64,000 nucleotides of DNA from an uncultured cyanobacterium (lineage in GTDB: Bacteria > Cyanobacteriota > Cyanobacteriia > Pseudanabaenales > Pseudanabaenaceae). The position numbers and the translations under genes are program-made. Below, piece by piece: positions 27,721 through 36,667 of this stretch (position 1 is the first letter of the stretch; the number at the start of each line of letters is the position of its first letter). The notes under the pieces were generated by a model that saw only the letters and a program-made list of their open reading frames with translations, did not search any database and was not told the DNA's origin. Location of the stretch: the NCBI GenBank assembly GCA_963703315.1, contig OY969811.1, forward strand, positions 4,032,001 through 4,096,000, read 5' to 3'.

Positions 27721-27858
27721 GATTTAAAAGCGGTTCCTAATAGCCCTTGGAATCAAAATATTTTAGGTGCAGAAGTCAAGCCCAATGTCGAAGCGAGCGC
27801 CTCTCCAAATAATGAAATTCTGTCAGAAATTAAACGCCTATGGGAACGTGCTAATTAA
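27721..27858 (+). pseudogene. 3' fragment of an unidentified gene with its terminator
   Basis: DLKAVPNSPWNQ...EILSEIKRLWERAN*, with no start (in-frame TAA at 27709), followed by AAAACCCC...GGGGTTTT hairpin. Confidence 0.4.
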
Positions 27859-28046
27859 AACCCCTTACGAGATTGGGGTTTTATAGCTGTCGCCATTCTT
27901 GTTAGAACATAAAACCCAAATAGTGTGAGGCGGCGCGAAGCGTCGCCTCACACTATTTGGGTTTTGAAGCTATAGCTACCTCTTTGTACTGGTATAGCCA
28001 AATAGTCATCCATACCTTTAGCTAGATTCACATCTTGAAATACTTT

Positions 28047-28064
28047 GTTATATTTCTTTACATA
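28047..28064 (+). promoter_or_regulatory. HLR1-like (RpaB) direct repeat upstream of hli copy 2
   Basis: Identical GTTATATTTCTTTACATA motif. Confidence 0.6.
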
Positions 28065-28089
28065 AGGAATTCAAACAAAGGAAAAAGCA

Positions 28090-28299
28090 ATGTCTAACAG
28101 CTATAGAGTCGATGACCGTGGTGTACTTAACAACTTCGCAATTGAACCAAAGATGTATGTCGAAGAAACCACAAAAGCTGGCTTTACTCCTTATGCTGAA
28201 TTGCTAAACGGTAGACTTGCCATGATTGGCTTCGTATCTCTCCTCATTACAGAAGCTGCTACAGGACATGGGTTGATTTGGTTGCTAGGGAATCTATAA
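28090..28299 (+). CDS. High-light inducible protein (Hli/Scp), copy 2
   Basis: Near-identical paralogue of 27187-27396. Confidence 0.9.
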   Translation: MSNSYRVDDRGVLNNFAIEPKMYVEETTKAGFTPYAELLNGRLAMIGFVSLLITEAATGHGLIWLLGNL

Positions 28300-28424
28300 A
28301 TCTTGACTGTTCCCGATCAAAATGTTTGAGACAAAGTAAAAACGATTATTCGACCCTACCCAAAAGGTAGGGTTTTTTAGTCTAAATAAAACAATGGCGT
28401 TGCTTTGCAACGCCATTGTTTTAT

Positions 28425-29273
28425 TTAGACTTTCTGCCAAAGCTGAATTTCATAGCACAGATGCTGATGGAAAAGGGATGATGCTTGGAGACCTTCAGTA
28501 ATCAATTTTTTGATTGATTGTCCGAAAAAGTAGTGCAGAACTTTATAGATTGGAGGCACTGCGATCGCGATTAAATTGCCGATATATTTCATCGTGGAAA
28601 CGCCAAAGGTTTGGAAGCTCTGCACACAAATATCCAAAGTTGGGGCGATATGTGCCGAAATATCGTCAGTCTTGACTAATTTAAATCCAGCATTCTCCAT
28701 TGATTTGTGTAGATCAGCATTAAGCAAACAGTTGGAAAACATACCTTCCTTATATTCAGGATCTTTTCGCAACATATCTGCTAATAGTACATAACTGCCA
28801 GATTTCACCACCGCAGCCGAACCATCAGCTATCATTTCTGATGACATATATTGAGTGCTTTCGCTAAATAAAATGAGATCATAAGTAAGCTGTGAAGAAT
28901 ACTTTTCAGGGGCTTTCACAAATTCTTGAAAGGTATCGACATGGAATAAAGCTTTGCCATTGGTGCGTTCTAGGAAATTAGCTTGTTGCAGTGGATCGGG
29001 AGCTAATCCCTCAACTTGCAAACCCTTCTCAATCATTGCTACAGCATTATCACCATTGCCACAACCGACATCTAATACAGTGTGAATATGTGCGGGTAAA
29101 AAAGATAGAAGATGTGTTGCATAGGCTTCTTGAGCGACACGTAGCTTGGTAACAGTCAACTCATCTGTGGGTGATGGAATTGGTTCCCAATAACCATAGT
29201 GAAGGTAGGAAGAACCTGTCAGATCTCGGTAGTACTGGAGTGCAGCGTTTTGGTAGCGAATTACATTGTTCAT
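28425..29273 (-). CDS. Class I SAM-dependent methyltransferase (tocopherol/sterol MT-like)
   Basis: 'LHYGYW', 'VLDVGCGNG'. Confidence 0.8.
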   Translation of the reverse strand: MNNVIRYQNAALQYYRDLTGSSYLHYGYWEPIPSPTDELTVTKLRVAQEAYATHLLSFLPAHIHTVLDVGCGNGDNAVAMIEKGLQVEGLAPDPLQQANFLERTNGKALFHVDTFQEFVKAPEKYSSQLTYDLILFSESTQYMSSEMIADGSAAVVKSGSYVLLADMLRKDPEYKEGMFSNCLLNADLHKSMENAGFKLVKTDDISAHIAPTLDICVQSFQTFGVSTMKYIGNLIAIAVPPIYKVLHYFFGQSIKKLITEGLQASSLFHQHLCYEIQLWQKV

Positions 29274-29402
29274 AGATTAGTTAATATAGCAGTTTTCAGA
29301 TTAGGAATTTGGAACTTAATACTTAATAAAGAACCCATTTTTGATGCGGGCAGCTAAGCCGCCCTCATCAAAAATGGGTTCTTTAATTACAGGTTTTTAC
29401 GC

Positions 29403-29849
29403 TCATTTATGTGTTTCTAAACAAGGCTGAAATTCTTCCCATCGGCGGCTGACTTGCTCGTAACAGTCAGGTGGAAATATTTTCAGATTTTGAAAAAGAT
29501 TGATTTCGAGATGCTGCTCCATCTTCATCAGTAGAACAATCTCTTTGTCTGGGGCATAATTCTCGACAGCTTGCACAAGAATAGCGATCAATTCTTGATC
29601 GAGAGAAAAAGCTTGAATTGAAGAGATTAATTCTTGTGCAGCAATAAATTGGGATTTGAATTGGGTAACTTCTAAGCCTGTGTTACTGGGAGCGATCGCA
29701 CTGTGATCGACATCACAAACTACGACTCCACGACCATGTTGCAAAAAGCCTTGCCATGCAGAATAGCCGATCATCATTAAGTTGTTGTGAATAAAGCTTT
29801 TTTGCCAATAGCCAAAATTGCCTTGCCAATCGCTATCTTTTAACTTCAT
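29403..29849 (-). CDS. Hypothetical protein downstream of cobalamin riboswitch
   Basis: 148 aa ORF with GAGG RBS; no recognised domain. Confidence 0.7.
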   Translation of the reverse strand: MKLKDSDWQGNFGYWQKSFIHNNLMMIGYSAWQGFLQHGRGVVVCDVDHSAIAPSNTGLEVTQFKSQFIAAQELISSIQAFSLDQELIAILVQAVENYAPDKEIVLLMKMEQHLEINLFQNLKIFPPDCYEQVSRRWEEFQPCLETHK

Positions 29850-29887
29850 CTATTACCTCGTAGATGTAGATTTATGGATTTGAAATG

Positions 29888-30015
29888 AGCTTCGGCGGGC
29901 GTTCTGACTCTTTCTGCTTACCAACAGAAAATCACAGTTGCGGGACAGCGTTGGATTTGCACCAATCTTTCCCCATTACTTTCAGTGACTGCTCCTCACT
30001 AAAACCGAAAGCTGA
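29888..30015 (-). ncRNA. Cobalamin (AdoCbl) riboswitch
   Basis: Minus strand: GGTT...AATGGGGAAAG-ATTGGTGCAAATCCAAC-GCTGTCCCGCAACTGTGA...GAGTCAGAACGCCCGCC (B12-box pattern); extended -10 TGnTATACT at about 30022-30030. Confidence 0.9.
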
Positions 30016-30126
30016 AGTCAAAGTATAACATCTATGGCGATTGGCAGTTTTTCATAGACAAGCTGCAACGGCTATATTAGTATAGGCGGCACTTAGTACG
30101 GCTCATCCTCATCCTAAAATCCGACT

Positions 30127-31419
30127 ATGGATCTTGAACTTTCGCGATTTTATAAGGCTTGTAACCCGACACATCCCCTTGACTCCAGTAATGAAGAGGA
30201 TCGCAGCTATTATGTCGATCTCTCAACGGTGCGAGGCGAAAAGCTGATTCAGAGTTTGTCGCGCAAGATTGTCAAGATTTCGCCCGATGAGTCCACCTGT
30301 CAGTTATTTACAGGACATATCGGCTGTGGCAAATCGACGGAGCTTTTGCGGCTGAAGCATGAACTAACCGAGAAAAAATTTCATGTGGCGTATTTTGAAT
30401 GCGATCGCCAGTTAGAACTAAGTGATGTCGATGCGAGTGATATTTTATTAGCGATCGCAGGACAGCTTAGCAATGGTTTAGAAAAGGAAGGGATTAATAT
30501 TATTCCTGAATACTTCAAAAAGCTATTTGGCGAACTGAAGGATATCTTACAAACAAAGCTTGATTTGAGCGCAAATTTCAAGCTGTCAGTGGGGATTGCC
30601 GAGATTACGGCTCAAGCTAAGAATAGTCCGTCATTGCGGCGACAAATGCGCGAACGGTTAGAGTCACGCACCAATAGCATTATCAATTCGATCAATAGAG
30701 AATTACTGGCTCCTGCTAAGGAAAAGCTGAAAGCTAATGGCATGAATGGCTTAGTCGTGATTGTGGATAATCTTGATCGCATTGAAAATCGTATCGATCT
30801 GAAGGAGCAGTCAAGGGCTGGATATTTGTTTGTCGAACGGGGCGATCAGTTGCGGGGGCTAGATTGCCATGTGGTGTATACAGTTCCGTTGTTGCTGACT
30901 TTTTCCAACGATGCGGCGATCGTGCAGAGTCGATTTGGAACCGATATTAAAACTTTGCCGATGGTTCCTGCGCGGTTGCAGGATGGCAGTGAGTGCGAGG
31001 CAGGAATGGCGCTACTCAGACAAATTGTGATGGCGAGAGCGTTCCCAAAGGTTAATTCCGTGCAACGGATTAATAGTGAATTTGTGAATAAAGTATTTGA
31101 TACTCCACAAACTCTCGATCGCCTATGTCAAGCTAGTGGTGGTCATGTTCGCAATTTATTTCGCTTACTGTACGGTTGCTTAGAGCAAGATGATCCACCG
31201 ATTACGGCTAAATTAGTCGAGAGTATCATCGCTAAGGAACGGAATAAGATGTTGAAGACGATTGATGAAAAAGAATTAGAATTAATCCAGAAAGTACGGC
31301 AGGATAAGCGGGTACGTGGCGAGTCGGAGTATCAGACTCTAATCAAGAGCCAGTTTGTGTTTGAGTACGAGTATCAGGGTAATAGTTGGTTTGATGTGAA
31401 TCCAATTTTGGATGACTAG
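30127..31419 (+). CDS. P-loop ATPase (AAA/KAP-like)
   Basis: Walker A GHIGCGKS, Walker B LVVIVDNLDR, 'SGGHVR'. Confidence 0.85.
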   Translation: MDLELSRFYKACNPTHPLDSSNEEDRSYYVDLSTVRGEKLIQSLSRKIVKISPDESTCQLFTGHIGCGKSTELLRLKHELTEKKFHVAYFECDRQLELSDVDASDILLAIAGQLSNGLEKEGINIIPEYFKKLFGELKDILQTKLDLSANFKLSVGIAEITAQAKNSPSLRRQMRERLESRTNSIINSINRELLAPAKEKLKANGMNGLVVIVDNLDRIENRIDLKEQSRAGYLFVERGDQLRGLDCHVVYTVPLLLTFSNDAAIVQSRFGTDIKTLPMVPARLQDGSECEAGMALLRQIVMARAFPKVNSVQRINSEFVNKVFDTPQTLDRLCQASGGHVRNLFRLLYGCLEQDDPPITAKLVESIIAKERNKMLKTIDEKELELIQKVRQDKRVRGESEYQTLIKSQFVFEYEYQGNSWFDVNPILDD

Positions 31420-31430
31420 AGGAAAGTTCT

Positions 31431-34400
31431 ATGAGCGATCGCACCGATATAATTGCAGAAAATAATCGCGATGCCCTGCGGCGATTGATGCGAATTGTGA
31501 CGCGATCGCAAGGGTTTTCTTTGTCGATCGCTTTGTGTAACTATCGCGTATTGCAGGAGCGCGTATTGCATGACTTGCGATCGCACCTAGCGGAGCATGA
31601 CTTACCAGAAACTGCGATCGCCATACTTGAACTGGAACCTGATGCGAAGACTTTACTTGCGCCAATTCAGAAATTAATGGCAGAGGTGCATAAACTTCCA
31701 TCTGAACAGAAACCCAAGGTGTTAATGGTTTTGGGATTGGATGCAGTTATAGAAATCGAAGCAGTTCTCAAATCGGCAAATCGGGTAAGAGAAGAATTTG
31801 CCAATTGCTTAGAATTTCCGATGGTGTTGTGGTTGAGCGATCGCACTCAGGACATTCTCACTCGCGAGGCTAGTGATCTGGCGAATTGGACGACAGCAGG
31901 GGCGATCGAGCTTCAGCTTGAGGCTGTAGAACTAAAAGTATTAGTGCAAGATTCTTTAAATGCGATATTTAATCGCTATTTACAACCTCAAGGCTTAGGC
32001 GATTGGGATGCGAGTTTGCAGCAAATGGAACTGATGACTGCGATCGCTGAATTAGAGGGTCAACAAATTGAGATCGATCCAGAATTAAGGGCAGGGCTAG
32101 ATTTTGCCTTTGGTTCTATGGCGATGACTGAGGGAGAAATTGAAAAAGCGAAAGATTTGCTGCAAAGGAGTTTAGGATTTTGGCGGCAATCAGGAGCGCA
32201 ACCGCAACAGGCAATTTGTCTGTTGCAGTTAGGGATGTGCGATCAAAATAAAGCTTTTCGCGATCGCTATCACAAGCAACCCTTTTATAAATCCGCTCAA
32301 GCCTATCTGGCAGAATGTATCGCCATCTTGCGGAACTTGCAACGATGGGAACTGGTGGCGCTATATATCAACTTTTTGACAGCGATTATGGAAGAGTTGT
32401 TAGCCCTCACCCCCAGCCCCTCTCCCAACGGGAGAGGGGAGCAATCCCTCACCCCCAGCCCCTCTCCCATTGGGAGAGGGGAGCAAGAAATTACTCTCGT
32501 TCCCCATCTCTTGTGGGAGAGGGGGCTAGGGAGTGAGGGATTAGAATCTCTCGCTCAAGAAGCTTTGGCTTTACATCAGACTTATCCTAATCAACTGCGG
32601 GAAGCTCACGATCGCGGTATTCTTGCCTCGGTGAAACTATGGCAAAAAGACTATAGTGCGGCGAAGGAGTTGGCGGAGTCGTCACTGGCGCTATATCACG
32701 AAGGGGAAGCTTTGCAACTGTCCAATTTTGTTCCTTCTCAACGCTATGCCTATTGTAAGCTGGAACTTTGGTTAGCAAGGGCTTTGGAGGGATTGGGCGA
32801 TCTCCAAAGTGCGATTAGGCAATTAGAAGCAGTAAGAGATCGCTGGAATCATCAATACGATGCTCAGATCTATGTATTGGTATTAGAGGAGTTGCGATCG
32901 CTTTACACCGCCGCAGGGCTATATCTGGAAGCCTTTAAAACTAAGCAACATCAGCGATCGGTGGAGCAGCAGTATGGCTTACGCGCTTTTATTGGTGCGG
33001 GTACGCTGAATCCAAAACGAGAAGCGAATAATCCTGAACTATATGTAAATGATGTCACTTCGCAGTCCGATGAAATTGCTCAAGAGATAGAAGCTTCGGG
33101 ACGGATGCCAGATGTGGAGAAGTTGGTCGATCGCATTGGTCAGGCGCGATTCCCTTTAACGATTGTGCATGGTGATTCGGGGGCAGGGAAAAGTTCGATC
33201 TTGAGTGGTGGGGTGATTCCTGCGTTACGTCTCAGGGAAAGCTTTGATGGGCGCAAGGTGTTAGTTTTGGCGGTAAAAACCTATAAAGATTGGAGTGCGG
33301 AAATTCAGCAACAGTTACAGAACTATTTTGGCGATCGCCGCCCATTACTTGACCCCATCCATCATTTCAAGCTGAATATCGAGGCGAATTATTTGACGGT
33401 CTTAATATTCGATCAGTTTGAGGATTTCTTTTTTAAGAAGGAAGATTTTCGCGATCGCCTTCCGTTTTATCGATTTCTTAAAGCTAGCCTATATATAGAC
33501 TTTGTACAGGTGGTTTTATCCATGCGTGAAGATTATTTGCATTATCTTCTAGAGTTTGATCGCTCAGTAAAAGTAAAGGAGCTACCCAAAGATTTTGAAG
33601 GTGACATTCTCGGTAAACAGGTGCGGTACTACTTGGGGGATTTTACGCAGGAACAGGCGCGACAGGTAATCGAGGCATTGACTAGGCGATCGCAGTTACG
33701 CTTAGAGCCTGAGTTGATCGAGCGTTTGGTAACGGATTTGAGTAATGAGCAGCATCGGATTTTGCCGATTGAGTTGCAGGTGGTGGGGGCGCAGTTGGAG
33801 TCGGAGAATCCTCCTGTTTCTACTCTTCAGCAATATCTGGCTCTGACGGGTAATACTGCTGAGAATAGGGGGCGAAAGCCAAGTGAGGTGTTGGTGGAGC
33901 GGTGGTTGGAGAATGTGGTGCGGGATTGTGGAGTGGCGAATCAGGATTTGGCGGAGAGGGTGTTGTATGCGTTGACGGGGAATGAGGAGAAGCGTCCGCA
34001 AAAGACGCAAGCGGAGCTTGCCAGTGAGTTGTTGGCTGAGGAAAATCTCTCGCTAGTACTAGCGGTTCTGGTTGGTTCTGGGCTTGCTTTTCGGGTGAGT
34101 AGTTCGCCTGATGACCGTTTTCAGTTGATTCATGATTATTTGGTTAGCTTTATTCGCAAGAAATATGTCTTTGGTATGGCGGAAGAGTTGCGGATGACCA
34201 AAGAACAATTGCGATCGGCTTTAGTAGAAAAAGAAAAAGAACTCCAACGAGCAGAAATTGCCGAAATCGAAGCCTTGAGTATCTCTTGCGAGTCTTACTG
34301 GTTGGCACATCATCAACTTGAAGCCATGATTGCAGGAGTGAAGGCTGGACAACGGATTCTTAGTCCAAGCACTGGTAAAATAATTCCTGAATATCTAGCT

Positions 34401-36281
34401 AAGAAAAGTTTTGGACAGCTATGGAAATTTACTCACAACATTTATGAATATAATTGCCTTGAAGGTCATAGTAACTGGGTCAGAAGTGTAGCATTTAGTC
34501 ACGATGGCAAAATAATTATTTCTAGCAGTGGTGATAAAACAATCAAATTATGGAACTTACAAGGTAAAGAATTACGAACCTTAAAAGGTCATACCAGTGA
34601 TGTTTTAAGCGTTGCATTTTCTCCAAATGACAAAGTTATAGCTTCTGGAAGCTTTGACAATACACTAAAATTATGGAACTTAGAAGGTAAAGAATTATAC
34701 ACTCTTAAGGGACATAGCAAAGAAGTAAGAAGTGTTGCATTTTCTCCAGATGGTAAGCTTATTGCTTCTGGCAGTGCTGACAAGACTATAAAAGTATGGA
34801 ATCTAGAAGGAAAAGAATTATCTATTTGTGAAGGACATCATGCTGGAGTTAGAAGCCTATCATTTTCTCCAGACGGTAAAATGATTGCTTCTGGAAGCTT
34901 AGATAGAACTATCAAGTTATGGGATCTCGAAGGGAAAGAATTATTAACTTTTAAAAGCCATATGGGTGCAGTCTTGAGCGTGGCATTTGCTCCAAACGGT
35001 AAATATATTATCTCTGCATCTGATGATCATACAATCAGGTTGTTGGATCTAGAAGGACAAGAATTACGCATATTCAAAGGTCATTATGCTGGAGTTAGGA
35101 GTGTTTCCTTTAGTCCTGATGGCAAAATAATTTTATCTAGTAGTGACGATAAAACAATAAAATTGTGGAATTTAGAAGGTGAAGAAATTCTTACACTGGA
35201 AGGTCATAGCAATAAAATTTGGAGTGTAGCTTTTTCCCCCAATGGTAAAACAATAGCTTCTGGAAGTAATGACAAAACAGTCAAGTTATGGAACTTGAAA
35301 GATAGAGAACAATGTACTATTTTCAAGGGTCACAACGAGAAGATTTGGAGTGTAGTATTTTCTCCTGATAGTAAAACTATTGCCTCATGTAGCTTTGATA
35401 AAACTGTAAAATTGTGGGATCTTGAAGGGAAAGAATTAATTACCTTTAAAGGACATACAGAGGTTGTTAGAAGTGTAATATTCTCACCCGATGGTCAAAC
35501 AATAGTTTCTGGAAGTAGTGATAAAACAATTAAGTTGTGGAACTTAAAAGGTAAAGAACTACTTACGATTAATGGACATAGCGGAGGGATTTTAAGTTTA
35601 GCATTTTCCCCAGACAGCAAAAAAATTGTCTCTAGTAGCTTTGATCAAACACTCAAATTATGGAATTTAGATGGTAAAGAACTACTTACCCTAAACGGTC
35701 ATAATAAAGAAATTCGGAGCGTTGTCTTTTCACCTAATGGCAAAATGATTGCTTCTGGCAGTAACGATAACACTATTAAATTATGGGATTTAGAAAGTAA
35801 AAAAGTTCTTACTATTGATGGTCACAGTAGTGGAGTTTTGAGTGTAGCATTCTCGCCAGATGGCAAAATGATTGCCTCTGGCAGTAACGATAACACCATT
35901 AAATTGTGGGATTTACAAGGTAAAGAAGTTCTTACTATCGATGGTCATAGTAGTGGAGTAGTGAGTGTAGCCTTTTCTCCAGATGGGAAAACGATAATAT
36001 CTGGTAGTTTTAACAACACTATCAAATTATGGTATTTGGATGGCAAGGAACTACTTACGATTGAGGATATTGATTACAAATCATTTCGGAGTGTAGTCTT
36101 TTCACCCAGCGGCAAAATGATTGCTTCTGCCAGCAATAAGCACAAATATCATACGATTAAATTATGGGATATAGACTACGATCGCGCAATTTCTCAAGCC
36201 TGCGATTGGCTACGTCCCTACCTCACCAATAACCCCAATGTTTCTGAGAGCGACAGACAACTTTTGACAAGTAAAAAGTAG
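31431..36281 (+). CDS. Large NLR-like protein: degenerate N-terminal NTPase-like region, TPR-like helices, STAND (nSTAND1-like) NTPase, 14 WD40 repeats
   Basis: Walker A GDSGAGKS, Walker B VLIFDQFED, 'LSMREDYL', 'LPIELQVVG', 'LIHDYL'; 14 GH...W(D/N) repeats at about 34455-36175. Confidence 0.85.
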   Translation: MSDRTDIIAENNRDALRRLMRIVTRSQGFSLSIALCNYRVLQERVLHDLRSHLAEHDLPETAIAILELEPDAKTLLAPIQKLMAEVHKLPSEQKPKVLMVLGLDAVIEIEAVLKSANRVREEFANCLEFPMVLWLSDRTQDILTREASDLANWTTAGAIELQLEAVELKVLVQDSLNAIFNRYLQPQGLGDWDASLQQMELMTAIAELEGQQIEIDPELRAGLDFAFGSMAMTEGEIEKAKDLLQRSLGFWRQSGAQPQQAICLLQLGMCDQNKAFRDRYHKQPFYKSAQAYLAECIAILRNLQRWELVALYINFLTAIMEELLALTPSPSPNGRGEQSLTPSPSPIGRGEQEITLVPHLLWERGLGSEGLESLAQEALALHQTYPNQLREAHDRGILASVKLWQKDYSAAKELAESSLALYHEGEALQLSNFVPSQRYAYCKLELWLARALEGLGDLQSAIRQLEAVRDRWNHQYDAQIYVLVLEELRSLYTAAGLYLEAFKTKQHQRSVEQQYGLRAFIGAGTLNPKREANNPELYVNDVTSQSDEIAQEIEASGRMPDVEKLVDRIGQARFPLTIVHGDSGAGKSSILSGGVIPALRLRESFDGRKVLVLAVKTYKDWSAEIQQQLQNYFGDRRPLLDPIHHFKLNIEANYLTVLIFDQFEDFFFKKEDFRDRLPFYRFLKASLYIDFVQVVLSMREDYLHYLLEFDRSVKVKELPKDFEGDILGKQVRYYLGDFTQEQARQVIEALTRRSQLRLEPELIERLVTDLSNEQHRILPIELQVVGAQLESENPPVSTLQQYLALTGNTAENRGRKPSEVLVERWLENVVRDCGVANQDLAERVLYALTGNEEKRPQKTQAELASELLAEENLSLVLAVLVGSGLAFRVSSSPDDRFQLIHDYLVSFIRKKYVFGMAEELRMTKEQLRSALVEKEKELQRAEIAEIEALSISCESYWLAHHQLEAMIAGVKAGQRILSPSTGKIIPEYLAKKSFGQLWKFTHNIYEYNCLEGHSNWVRSVAFSHDGKIIISSSGDKTIKLWNLQGKELRTLKGHTSDVLSVAFSPNDKVIASGSFDNTLKLWNLEGKELYTLKGHSKEVRSVAFSPDGKLIASGSADKTIKVWNLEGKELSICEGHHAGVRSLSFSPDGKMIASGSLDRTIKLWDLEGKELLTFKSHMGAVLSVAFAPNGKYIISASDDHTIRLLDLEGQELRIFKGHYAGVRSVSFSPDGKIILSSSDDKTIKLWNLEGEEILTLEGHSNKIWSVAFSPNGKTIASGSNDKTVKLWNLKDREQCTIFKGHNEKIWSVVFSPDSKTIASCSFDKTVKLWDLEGKELITFKGHTEVVRSVIFSPDGQTIVSGSSDKTIKLWNLKGKELLTINGHSGGILSLAFSPDSKKIVSSSFDQTLKLWNLDGKELLTLNGHNKEIRSVVFSPNGKMIASGSNDNTIKLWDLESKKVLTIDGHSSGVLSVAFSPDGKMIASGSNDNTIKLWDLQGKEVLTIDGHSSGVVSVAFSPDGKTIISGSFNNTIKLWYLDGKELLTIEDIDYKSFRSVVFSPSGKMIASASNKHKYHTIKLWDIDYDRAISQACDWLRPYLTNNPNVSESDRQLLTSKK
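32404..32539. repeat. In-frame palindromic repeat element (CCCTCACCCCCAGCCCCTCTCCC...GGGAGAGGGG)
   Basis: Two direct copies plus one inverted copy, translating as LTPSPSPNGRGEQSLTPSPSPIGRGEQ...ERGLGSEG. Confidence 0.85.
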
Positions 36282-36321
36282 AAAGTAAAAAGGAAAAAAT
36301 TTACATTGATTATTCCATCCC

Positions 36322-36541
36322 GTAGGGGCGAAGCATTTGCACCACAATCTTGAACACCAACAGACAACCCCAATCCGCAAATGCTTCGCCCTCTTCGCCT
36401 TCACCGATCGCCTTTCCCTGCGTTGACCTCCCCACCTTCATCGATCGCTTGTCCCTACATTGCAAGGTTAAGGGCATAGCATTCCCAAAATAAAGCGATC
36501 TTAAAAATTGATAGATTACGGCGGGAATGCTTTGCCCCTAC
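36322..36541. repeat. Two GTAG-type REP doublets
   Basis: GTAGGGGCGAAGCATTTGC...GCAAATGCTTCGCCCT (36322-36392) and AGGGCATAGCATTCCC...GGGAATGCTTTGCCCCTAC (36471-36541). Confidence 0.7.
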
Positions 36542-36667
36542 ATGACAATCTGTAATTAATTGCCAATAAATAATTTTTTGTTTGAAGCGATCGCAAAAAA
36601 TCATGGTTAAAATAACAGCACGAAATACCTAACGTTCTGCTCTTAACCACCAAGTCCCCTAATAACC

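Noticed and set aside
34455..36175. Diversity-generating retroelement acting on the WD40 repeats
   Set aside because: No reverse transcriptase or template repeat in the window, and differences are not evidently adenine-specific.
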